DNA of 64,000 nt from an uncultured Acidobacteriota bacterium (lineage in GTDB: Bacteria; Acidobacteriota; Blastocatellia; RBC074), in the NCBI GenBank assembly GCA_963796275.1, contig CAWCKY010000006.1, forward strand, positions 192,001 through 256,000, given 5' to 3'. Positions 11,807-23,400 of the stretch are shown one piece after another. The position numbers and the translations under genes were made by a program. Each line of letters starts with the position of its first letter. The first letter of the stretch is position 1. The notes under the pieces were generated by a model. That model saw only the letters and a list, made by a program, of their open reading frames with translations, did not search any database and was not told where the DNA came from.

Positions 11807-12046
11807 CATTCAGTTCGGTCGTTTTAATGCCCATGCCGAATTGCCGCGTAGCGGCAGGGATGAGTCTTATCCGGCGTTCAACGCTGCACGGGCATCCATC
11901 GTCGCTACGCGACGAAGAAGGTGTACATTTCGTGCGAAAGTTTGGATATAAGAAGGCGTTGAAATGCTGGGTTACATCCATAGCATCGCGATGGGGCGGA
12001 ATCGAAGCAGACAATCTTTGATAATCCGATTGCCTGAAACTCAATA
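11801..12046. mobile_element. Palindromic element B, copy 2
   Basis: Direct-orientation homologue of 8811-9222 lacking the internal segment; contains the TGA stop of the upstream gene. Confidence 0.75.
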
Positions 12047-12110
12047 CATCGGAACAACCAAAAGAGGAAGAGCTGTTAGTCTGTTTTAAACCAAGCCAGA
12101 AACATAACAG

Positions 12111-12501
12111 CTTAGTACTCTGTAAACAAAGTTATTTGATGTTTCAATGCGCGCTTCAAGTTCGAAACAGTACCGCGAGCGGTAGCGAGCTTGTCTCAAT
12201 CAAACTGAAACGTGTGCAAATTAAAATCCAACAGAATCAATAGTCTCGCATCTCAGCGCCGGAGGCGCGTAATGTCTATAGCTCACGATCCTAACCATAC
12301 CTGAGCTCCGGAGGAGCGACATCTGATTGCCTACATGTCGCTCCTCCGGAGCTCGTGAGACTTTGGTGATCGAATACTATAAATATCCCGCGCCTCTGGC
12401 GCTCAGGACCGAAAATGCTGATTCCAATTATCTTTTATTTGCACAGTCTTCAATCAACTAGCTCGGGTACAACACTTGCTACCGTTCTCGGCACTGTTTC
12501 G
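12111..12501. mobile_element. Nested palindromic element A, copy 2
   Basis: Near-identical, same orientation as 8407-8800. Confidence 0.8.
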
Positions 12502-12693
12502 TCGATTATCGAGAAACTTAGTTAACAGGTTACTCAGCTTATAGCGATTTTCAGTTACGCGGAGAATTATGGGATGGCGGGGTCTTTAGCATCAGCCCAG
12601 TCTGCATGCGCGACGCCGTACTCTAAAGGCTCTGCCATGCTACGACATACTTATTCACCAGAAAACTGCAGTTAGGGTAAGGGTGAGAGTGTT

Positions 12694-13671
12694 ATGCAAG
12701 CTTTACAAGTAGTTGAATTGAAGTCTTTTTCGAAGTTGCAAGTAAGCAATGCTATCGAATCCGTCCAGAGATTTTTCACCAACCCAGTTCCGGCCAATTT
12801 GATGAAAGCGTTCCGGATTTTCTTCGCGTGTCATATCTTTTTACAAAGTTTAAAGCTCTCTTGGGTACCATTTGGTATTAGCAGCCGGATCGTATTATTC
12901 GTGCAATTGGCGGCGCTTGCCGCTGTCTTCGCAAATTTTCACAGACGACTCTACTATCCTGGCCTCCTTTTGTTGTTGTTGCTTAAGTTATATGGAGTTG
13001 CCTATAAATTTCCAATGACAGCGAACCATCATTTTCTGGAGTTGTACGTGCTCCTTTTTCTGCTGTTGTGGCCTGATCGATCGATTGGTCAAGGGACCGA
13101 CAAACAAGAGACGAAACAAGTGAGTAGCGAATCTTGTCATCTCGCTCGGTTACTCGTCCTATCCGTTTATTTCTTCGCCGGTATCCAAAAACTTATTCAT
13201 GGAATCTGGCTTAACGGAGAATACCTTGCCCATAGCCTTATTGAGGTAACCAACGGCACACTTCTTACCACGCAATATATGCTTAGATTTATCGCGAGTA
13301 TTTCGGGATCACCGCTTGTTGAAATACCGCTCAACCTATCTCTGGACGCGCATATGGTCATGATAACGATTCCGAGCTGGGTAGTTGTTTATTTTCTTGG
13401 CATGAGTTGGGTTACGATCGCAAGTGAGATTGCTATTCCGCTGCTTGTCGTGTTCCGCCGGACCCGGAAAATCGGCCTGCGCTTGATGCTCGTTCTGACA
13501 ATAATTATTGGCCTCCTCGCTTTCGAAACGGAATTTATGTTTGCATCGGTTGGTTGCGCCCTTCTATTTTTCCACGACAAGGGGATACGTAACTACAGCA
13601 TGTTACTGGCAGCCCATATAGTTTGGTCGCTGTCTCTTCTATTCGCGGGCGTTCGCGTTGGAACGTTATAG
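12694..13671 (+). CDS. HTTM-like polytopic membrane protein (vitamin K-dependent carboxylase/SdpB-related fold)
   Basis: Multiple TM segments; ANHHFL and SVYFFAGIQKLIHGIWLNGEYL resemble the HTTM signature; visibly AT-richer than NRPS genes. Confidence 0.6.
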   Translation: MQALQVVELKSFSKLQVSNAIESVQRFFTNPVPANLMKAFRIFFACHIFLQSLKLSWVPFGISSRIVLFVQLAALAAVFANFHRRLYYPGLLLLLLLKLYGVAYKFPMTANHHFLELYVLLFLLLWPDRSIGQGTDKQETKQVSSESCHLARLLVLSVYFFAGIQKLIHGIWLNGEYLAHSLIEVTNGTLLTTQYMLRFIASISGSPLVEIPLNLSLDAHMVMITIPSWVVVYFLGMSWVTIASEIAIPLLVVFRRTRKIGLRLMLVLTIIIGLLAFETEFMFASVGCALLFFHDKGIRNYSMLLAAHIVWSLSLLFAGVRVGTL

Positions 13672-13700
13672 TAACGAGCATTTAGCAAAGGCAGGTACTT

Positions 13701-14342
13701 ATGATAGATCGGTTGAGAGTCAAACTGGTCATAACACTAGCATGCGTTCTTCTTATCTGGCCAGTTGCGCATATAACGCTTTCGTTATTTGGGGGTCTTA
13801 ATTCCTGGAAGCTGGGAGGATGGGGGATGTATGCGAGCATACCTCCGGAAGATACATACATCAACGTGTTTCTGATCGGCGCGAATAGTGGACCTTTAAC
13901 GGAAATGAGGGTGAGCTCGCTTATTAAGCGAAATCGGCCGTCGCTATTTGTAAACGGTGAGACCATTGTCCTTGATGGACAGTCTTTTAATGGAGAAATA
14001 AAGTCCGTCGACTTCTCTTCATATACAAAGGATATAGTGGTGTTTCGCCGGGGAAGCGCTATCAAGGCCATGGTAGAGCAGATACAAAAGCACTTGCTTG
14101 ATCCGGTAGCGATAAGCCACACATTGGTTTTCATCTCGCAGCTACGGTTATCAATATCCAGCCGAATGGCTTATACCGAATCAGAGGTGTATTTGATAAG
14201 GAATGACTGTGTCGAGAAGCTCGGTGTTTATAGTAACGATAAGCATGAAATTAAGGAGATTCTCGACATGGTTGGAGCTCAAGTAGATCGAGAGTGTAGC
14301 AAAACCCCAAAGGGCAAGATTACGGTAGGAAGTTTGAGATGA
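13701..14342 (+). CDS. Hypothetical membrane-anchored protein, probable partner of the HTTM-like protein
   Basis: N-terminal TM followed by WKLGGWGMYA; 29 bp after the previous gene; AT-rich. Confidence 0.6.
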   Translation: MIDRLRVKLVITLACVLLIWPVAHITLSLFGGLNSWKLGGWGMYASIPPEDTYINVFLIGANSGPLTEMRVSSLIKRNRPSLFVNGETIVLDGQSFNGEIKSVDFSSYTKDIVVFRRGSAIKAMVEQIQKHLLDPVAISHTLVFISQLRLSISSRMAYTESEVYLIRNDCVEKLGVYSNDKHEIKEILDMVGAQVDRECSKTPKGKITVGSLR

Positions 14343-14424
14343 GTTTGCCAGGGAAGAAGTAAAAAAGGCTAAGCAGGGCAAAACAGGGCAAAAAACTTAT
14401 TTTATAAGTGGGCTCGGCACAACA

Positions 14425-17400
14425 ATGGAGAGACAGATGCAAACAAAAGCGGAAGGATTTCGGCTCTCGCCGCAACAGAAACTACTCTGGCAGTCACATT
14501 ACGATGGCCAGGCGTACTTTACCCAGGGTGCCTTACTTCTCGAGGGAGAGCTGAAAATCAAAGCTCTGAAAGGGGCTTTGCGAGAGGTCATCGCTCGGCA
14601 TGAGATTCTACGTACGACCTTTCACCGCTTACCTGGCATGAAGCTGCCAGTACAGGTCATCGGCGCCAAAAGCGCGATGGCTTGGCGGAGCAGAAAATTA
14701 GGCGAGCTGGATTCCAAGCGCCAGGCCGCCAGAATCGAAGAGCTTTTCCTGGCGGAGCGGCGCCATCCTCTCGACTTTGAACAAGGCCCTGTCTTACGTG
14801 CAACCCTGCTCATCCTGTCGGCGGGACGGCATATTTTGCTGATCACGCTGCCTTCGCTTTGCGCAGACAACCGGACGCTAAGGAACCTGGCGGACGAGAT
14901 CGGCCAGTTCTATGCCGCGTCTTTTGATGGCGGTTTGGCACCTGACAATTCGATACAGTATGTCCAATTCTCCGAATGGCGGAATTCAATGCTCGAAAGA
15001 GAGGATGCGGAAGAAGGGAAAGAATACTGGCGGCAACAAAATCTCTCCGCCCCGCATGCCTTGAAACTTCCGTATGAATGCGCATCTCCGGAAACATCAG
15101 GGTTTGAGCCGGAGTCGCTGGGTTTGATGATTGATGCTGAATCTGTATACAGGATAGAGGCGGCTGCCCAGAAATATGAGACTACGATGGAGACCTTCCT
15201 GCTAGCCTGCTGGCAGACGCTGCTCTGGCGGCTCACGGGCAAGCCGGATGTTCTCGTTGGCCACGTTCGTGACGGAAGGGAACATGAGATGCTGCAGGGC
15301 GCCATTGGGTTATTCGCCAAGTGGCTGCCGGTTAAATCTCGTTTCGAGAGCGACACTTCGTTCGTCGACATCCTGTCGCAATCCGGTGAGGCGGTCTGGG
15401 ATGGGTACGAATGGCAGGAATACTTCTCCTGGTCAGAAGAATTAGGGCTGGGATCCGAAAACTCGATTGCGCCGATCGGGTTCGAGTTCATGGAATTGGT
15501 CGAGCCACGCCGCGCGGCTAATCTCATAATCTCAATCTACAAGCAATCCAGCTTCACTCAGCGTTTCAAGCTACTGCTATCCTGCGATCGCGCAGGGGAC
15601 TGTCTGAACATCACACTTTACTACGACCCCGCCCGATACGAACGCGACGATGTCAAACGCATTGGGAGCCACTTCGCCGCGCTGACTGAGAGCGCTGCCA
15701 GCGATCCCGATGCTCTGGCCGGCGAGCTCGATCTGCTCAGCGCGGATGACCGAAGATTGCTGGTCGAGTTCAATCAAACCGCCGCCGTCGAGTGGAACGA
15801 TACCAAAGTTGAATATCCGGTGGAACACTCGTTGCCCGCCTTGTTCGAAGCGCAGGTTGAACGAACGCCTGAGGCTGTGGCGCTTGTTTATGAAGACACG
15901 CAAGTGACTTACCGGGAGTTGAATGATCGCGCCGATCGATTGGCTCATCATCTGCGGCGACTGGGCGTCGAGCCGGAGTTACTTGTGGGCGTTTGCATGG
16001 AGCGGTCGCTGGAGATGATGGTGGGGATTCTCGGAGTGTTGAAGGCTGGGGGCGCTTACGTTCCACTCGATCCGGCGTATCCGGCAGAGCGTCTGGCCTT
16101 CATGCTTGAAGATTCCCAAGCGCCAGTCTTGTTGACTCAGCAGCGGCTGCTCGAACTGTTGCCAGAGCATCATGCGAAAGTCGTGCTCCTTGACTCGCTA
16201 CCGTCCGAATCCGGCGCAAGCTCAGGTGACATTTTTACGAATGATGTCACAGATGCCAACCCGGCTTACGCCATTTATACCTCCGGCTCGACCGGCCGTC
16301 CGAAGGGCGTGATGATTTCTCATCGCGCGATCGTGAATCGGTTGTTGTGGGGACAATCGGCTTACTGTCTGACCGGAGATGACAAGGTATTACAAAGCGC
16401 CGCTCTCGGATTCGATTTCTCAGTTTGGGAGATATTCGGCGCGCTCATAGCGGGCGCTCAATTGGTCCTGCCGCAGCCGGAGGGACAAAGAGACAGTTTT
16501 TATCTCAGGAGACTAATTGCCGAGAGGGGGATCACAATCGCCCACTTCGCCCCCTCCATGCTCCGGCTTTTTCTGAATCAGCCGAGCGTCGAGACGTGTC
16601 ACTCTCTGAGATATGTTTTCTCGGGCGGCGAAGCTCTCTCCGTCGAGCTACAGGAATATTTTTTCGCCAAGCTGGAGGCGGAGCTATATAACCAATACGG
16701 CCCGACAGAGGCGTCTGTCGACGTCACGTTCTGGCGTTGCAAGAAGGAAGACGACAAGCAAACGGTGCCCATCGGCCGCCCGATCGCCAACACACAAATC
16801 TACCTGCTGAATTCTGAGATGCAGCCCGCGCCGGTGGGCGTTGCGGGCGAACTGCACATAGGCGGCGCCAATCTGGCTCGCGGGTATCTCAATCGGCCAG
16901 AGTTGACCGCCGAGCGGTTCGTTCCCAACGCCTTCAGTGAAGAGCCCGACGCACGGTTGTACCGGACGGGAGACCTGGCGCGATACCTGCCGGACGGGGC
17001 CATCGAATTTCTGGGACGGAGCGATCATCAGGTGAAGGTGCGCGGGGTGCGCATCGAACTGGGCGAGGTCGAGGCGGCGCTCAGCCAGCATCCCGCGGTG
17101 CGGGAAGCGGTGGTCGTGGCGCGGGACGAGGGTGAGGACGCGGCCGGAGACAAACGGTTGGTGGCTTATCTGGTCAGCGACCAGCAGCCGGCGCCGACAG
17201 CCGGCGCCTGGCGCGCCTTCCTGAAGGAGAGGGTGCCGGAGTACATGACGCCGTCGGCCTTCGTGACGCTCGACGCATTGCCGTTGACGCCGAACGGGAA
17301 GATCGATCGGCGCGCGCTTCCGGCTCCCGAAAAGGCGCGCCTCGACTTGGAGAGCGCCTTTGTCGCGCCGCGCAATCCGGTCGAGGAGTTGTTGGCGGAG

Positions 17401-20400
17401 ACCTGGGCCAGTGTCCTCGGGGTGGAGAGAGTGGGAATTCACGATAACTTCTTCTCGCTGGGCGGACACTCATTGCTGGCCATGAAACTGATCGCGCGGA
17501 AGCTGGAGGTCTTCCAGGTGGAACTGCCGCTGCGCCAACTTTTTGAAAAGCCGACGGTGGCGCAATTGGCGGCAGCGATCGTCGGGATGACGAAGCCCGG
17601 GCTGGATCTGCCGCCGATCACGCCGATCCCACGCGATCGGGAACTACCGCTCTCGTTTTCGCAGCAGCGGTTGTGGTTTCTCGATCAACTGGAGCCTGGC
17701 AACTCTTTCTACAACGTGCCCGCGCCGGTGCGCCTCACGGGCGAGCTCAATGTGGCGGCGCTCCGGCAAACCATTGGCGAAATCATCAGACGTCACGAAG
17801 TCTTGCGGACGGTCTATCAAACAGTCGAGGGGAGTCCGGTACAGGTGATCACAAACTCATACTCATTCACGCTGCCGGTGGTTGATTTGAGAGGGGTGGC
17901 GGAAGAGGAACGAGAGGCGACGGTCGCGCGTCTGGTCACGGAAGACTCCCTGCGGCCCTTCGATCTGGCCGAAGGCCCATTGTTCAGAGTCGCATTGCTG
18001 CAATTGGGGGCCGAGGATCATGTTTTGCTATTTACCACGCACCACATCATCTCCGACGTCTGGTCCAAGGGGGTGCTGACGCGAGAGGTTGCGGCGCTCT
18101 ATCAGGCATTCGCCGAAGGAAGACCGTCGCCGCTGCCGGAATTGGCGGTTCAGTATGCCGATTTCGCGCACTGGCAACGGGGATGGTTGCAGGGAGAGGT
18201 TCTCGATGAGCAGTTGTCATACTGGAAGCGGCAATTGGCGGGCAGCCCATCAGTTTTGCAATTGCCCACGGATCGTCCGCGGCCAGCCGTTCAATCATAT
18301 CGGGGGGCCGACCTGGCGATGGCGTTACCCGAAGGGCTGTCGCGGGCGGTGGTGGGATCTGAGCAGGCGCGAGGGCGTCACCCTCTTTATGACGCTGTTG
18401 GCGGCTTATCAAGCGATGCTGTTCCGCTACACAGGGGAGGAGAGCATCAATGTCGGCTCTCCCATCGCGGGCCGCACGCGCCCGGAGACGGAGGGGATGA
18501 TCGGGTTTTTCCTGAACACGCTGGTGTTCCGGACGGATTTTTCGGGCGACCCGAGCTTTCGCGAGTTGTTGCGGCAGGTGCGAGAGACATCGCTGGAAGC
18601 ATACGCCCATCAGGATTTGCCCTTCGAGCAATTGGTAGAGGCGTTGCAACCTGAACGGAAGATGAGCCACTCGCCGCTGTTTCAGGCGGCCTTCGTGATG
18701 CTCAATCTTGCAACGGAGGCGGTGGAGCTTCCGGGTCTGAAGATGCGGCCTGTGAGGGGGGAGGGAAATAGCGCGAAATACGATTTGACACTGTTCGTCA
18801 TCGAAGGCCGCGATGGACTGACGGCGAACGTGGAGTACAGCGCCGATCTGTTCGAGGCCTCTACCATGGCGAGGATGTTGGAGCATTTCTTCGTGTTGCT
18901 GGAAGGCTTGATCGCCAACCAGGATCAGCGTGTGTCATCCCTGCCGCTGATGACCGAGCGGGAGGAGGCGCAGGCGCTGGTCGAGTGGAACGATACCAAA
19001 GTTGAATATCCGGTGGAACACTCGTTGCCCGCCTTGTTCGAAGCGCAGGTTGAACGAACGCCCGAGGCTGTGGCGCTTGTTTATGAAGACACGCAAGTGA
19101 CTTATCGGGAGTTGAATGATCGCGCCAATCGTCTGGCCCATCATCTGCGGCGACTGGGCGTCGAGCCGGAGTTGCTGGTGGGCGTTTGCATGGAGCGGTC
19201 GCTTGAGATGATGGTGGGGATTCTCGGAGTGTTGAAGGCTGGGGGCGCTTACGTTCCACTCGATCCGGCGTATCCGGCGGAGCGTCTGGCCTTCATGCTT
19301 GAAGATTCCCAAGCGCCAGTCTTGTTGACTCAGCAGCGGCTGCTCGATTCGTTATCCGCAACGAGCAATTCGCAATGCCATGTGATTTGTGTGGATGCGA
19401 TAGAGGAGATGCTGGCAGAAGAGAGCGTAGAGAATCCGGCGAGTGGGCCGGACGCCGAGCATCCGGCTTACGTGATCTATACTTCAGGTTCAACGGGACA
19501 GCCCAAAGGCGTGCTCATCTCCCACGGCGCGATCTGCAATCATATGTTATGGCAGTTGAGCCATTTGTCCGTGACCGCGAACGATTGCGTTCTGCAAAAA
19601 ACGGCTTTCAGCTTCGACGCTTCGGGCACGGAGTTCTACCTGCCGCTGTTGGCCGGCGCGCGACTGGTTCTGGCCCAGCCGGGAGGGCATCAAGACGTCG
19701 CCTACCTGATCGATGCGATGATCGAGCGCCAGGTCACCATTCTTCAGTTGGTTCCATCATTGCTGCGAGCGTTGTCGGACGAGCCCAGGTTTGAGCGATG
19801 CGAGAGCCTGAGGCGCGTCATCTGCGCGGGCGAGCCTTTGCTACCCAAGTTACAGGCGCGGTTCAACGCCTGCCTCGGCGCGGAGTTGCACAATCTTTAC
19901 GGCCCGACGGAAGCGGCCATCGACGTGACTTGCTGGCCTCACCAGGATGCGCGGGGGGCGGCTATCGTTCCTATCGGCCGCCCGATCGCCAACACACAAA
20001 TCTACCTGCTGAACTCTGAGATGCAGCCCGCGCCGGTGGGCGTTGCGGGCGAACTGCACATAGGCGGCGCCAATCTGGCTCGCGGGTATCTCAATCGGCC
20101 AGAGTTGACCGCCGAGCGGTTCGTTCCCAACGCCTTCAGTGAAGAGCCCGACGCACGGTTGTACCGGACGGGAGACCTGGCGCGATACCTGCCGGACGGG
20201 GCCATCGAATTTCTGGGACGGAGCGATCATCAGGTGAAGGTGCGCGGGGTGCGCATCGAACTGGGCGAGGTCGAGGCGGCGCTCAGCCAGCATCCCGCGG
20301 TGCGGGAAGCGGTGGTCGTGGCGCGGGACGAGGGTGAGGACGCGGCCGGAGACAAACGGTTGGTGGCTTATCTGGTCAGCGACCAGCAGCCGGCGCCGAC

Positions 20401-23400
20401 AGCCGGCGCCTGGCGCGCCTTCCTGAAGGAGAGGGTGCCGGAGTACATGACGCCGTCGGCCTTCGTGACGCTCGACGCATTGCCGTTGACGCCGAACGGG
20501 AAGATCGATCGGCGCGCGCTTCCGGCTCCCGAAAAGGCGCGCCTCGACTTGGAGAGCGCCTTTGTCGCGCCGCGCAATCCGGTCGAGGAGTTGTTGGCGG
20601 AGACCTGGGCCAGTGTCCTCGGGGTGGAGAGAGTGGGAATTCACGATAACTTCTTCTCGCTGGGCGGACACTCATTGCTGGCCATGAAACTGATCACGCG
20701 AATGCGTGGGATCTTCCAGGTGGAACTGTCGCTGCGCCAACTTTTTGAAAAGCCGACGGTGGCGCAATTGGCGGCAGCGATCGTCGGGATGACGAAGCCC
20801 GGGCTGGATCTGCCGCCGATCACGCCGATCCCACGCGATCGGGAACTACCGCTCTCGTTTTCGCAGCAGCGGTTGTGGTTTCTCGATCAACTGGAGCCTG
20901 GCAACTCTTTCTACAACGTGCCCGCGCCGGTGCGCCTCACGGGCGAGCTCAATGTGGCGGCGCTCCGGCAAACCATTGGCGAAATCATCAGACGTCACGA
21001 AGTCTTGCGGACGGTCTATCAAACAGTCGAGGGGAGTCCGGTACAGGTGATCACAAACTCATACTCATTCACGCTGCCGGTGGTTGATTTGAGAGGGGTG
21101 GCGGAAGAGGAACGAGAGGCGACGGTCGCGCGTCTGGTCACGGAAGACTCCCTGCGGCCCTTCGATCTGGCCGAAGGCCCATTGTTCAGAGTCGCATTGC
21201 TGCAATTGGGGGCCGAGGATCATGTTTTGCTATTTACCACGCACCACATCATCTCCGACGTCTGGTCCAAGGGGGTGCTGACGCGAGAGGTTGCGGCGCT
21301 CTATCAGGCATTCGCCGAAGGAAGACCGTCGCCGCTGCCGGAATTGGCGGTTCAGTATGCCGATTTCGCGCACTGGCAACGGGGATGGTTGCAGGGAGAG
21401 GTTCTCGATGAGCAGTTGTCATACTGGAAGCGGCAATTGGCGGGCAGCCCATCAGTTTTGCAATTGCCCACGGATCGTCCGCGGCCAGCCGTTCAATCAT
21501 ATCGGGGGGCCGACCTGGCGATGGCGTTACCCGAAGGGCTGTCGCGGGCGGTGGTGGGATCTGAGCAGGCGCGAGGGCGTCACCCTCTTTATGACGCTGT
21601 TGGCGGCTTATCAAGCGATGCTGTTCCGCTACACAGGGGAGGAGAGCATCAATGTCGGCTCTCCCATCGCGGGCCGCACGCGCCCGGAGACGGAGGGGAT
21701 GATCGGGTTTTTCCTGAACACGCTGGTGTTCCGGACGGATTTTTCGGGCGACCCGAGCTTTCGCGAGTTGTTGCGGCAGGTGCGAGAGACATCGCTGGAA
21801 GCATACGCCCATCAGGATTTGCCCTTCGAGCAATTGGTAGAGGCGTTGCAACCTGAACGGAAGATGAGCCACTCGCCGCTGTTTCAGGCGGCCTTCGTGA
21901 TGCTCAATCTTGCAACGGAGGCGGTGGAGCTTCCGGGTCTGAAGATGCGGCCTGTGAGGGGGGAGGGAAATAGCGCGAAATACGATTTGACACTGTTCGT
22001 CATCGAAGGCCGCGATGGACTGACGGCGAACGTGGAGTACAGCGCCGATCTGTTCGAGGCCTCTACCATGGCGAGGATGTTGGAGCATTTCTTCGTGTTG
22101 CTGGAAGGCTTGATCGCCAACCAGGATCAGCGTGTGTCATCTCTGCCGCTGATGACCAGTGCGGAACGTAACCGCCTATTGTCAGAGTGGAATGGCACTG
22201 TGTCTGAGTATCCACGCCATGAATGCGTTCATGAGTTATTCGAGACGCAGGTTGAGCGTAGACCTGAAGCGATTGCGATAGTGGGCGAGGAAAATCACCT
22301 GACCTATGGAGAACTCAACCGACGCGCAAATCAACTGGCGCATTACCTGCTTAAGCATGGCGCCGGGCCGGAGACGCCGGTGGCTATCTGCGTTGAGCGT
22401 TCTTCGAAGATAGTTTTGGGATTCTTGGGCATACTTAAGGCGGGCGCCGCCTTTGCACCACTGGATCCAGCCTATCCTGAAGACCGCCTGGCCTTCATAC
22501 TCAATGATGTCCGGGCGCCGCTGCTCTTGACCCAGGAGCGGCTGGTCGAAGAATTACGAAACACCGGAAACGGAACGCACAATACGGAGAGTTATGCTCA
22601 AAACTCCATATTCAAACCTCAATACTCAATCTCCGATCTGCGCGCTGGAGACGGAAGGCGGAATGCGAGTAGTATCGCTCAAGACTCAATCTTCAATCCT
22701 CAAGACTCAATCTCCGATCTGCACGCTGGAGATGGAAGGCGGAATGCGAGTAGTATCGCTCAAGACTCAATCTTAATACCCCACCACCCAACCTCCGAAC
22801 CGCATTCCGCATTCCGCGTTCCCGAAGCGGTCTGTCTGGACTCAGACTGGGAGTTCATCGCCCTGGAAAGCCAGCAGAATCCAACCTGCATAGCTGCGCC
22901 TGAAAACCTGGCTTATGTCATCTATACCTCGGGTTCAACTGGCGCTCCTAAAGGTACGCCGATAACACACAGGAATCTCAGCCCACTAATGCACTGGAGC
23001 AAGGAATATTTCAACCTCGGCGAGTGCACGAAGGTACTGCAAAATCTCAACTGCTGTTTTGATTTTGGCGTTTTCGAGCTATTAACCACAGTCCTATTTG
23101 GCGGGACATTACATTTTGTGGATGGAGATGGGCTGAGTGATTTTTCAGAGTATGCCAGCTATATCAATAGACATCGAATTAATACCATTCATTCTACTCC
23201 GTCATTCGTTAGGAATCTTCTCCCTTTTAGTGATGAACTGGAGAATCTGGAAACGATTCACCTCGGCGGCGAGCCGTTAACGGGGGATTTGGTTGATAAG
23301 GTATTCAATAAAGTCGGAGGCGATTGCGTACTCTACAACGGCTACGGCCCTACTGAAGCCACCGTCAATTGTTCCATCTTTAGAATCGGTAATTGGTCAA

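Noticed and set aside
18340-18370. Programmed ribosomal frameshift in the NRPS
   Set aside because: No slippery heptamer or long homopolymer; the shared GATC context with other indels favours an artefact (not excluded without reads)
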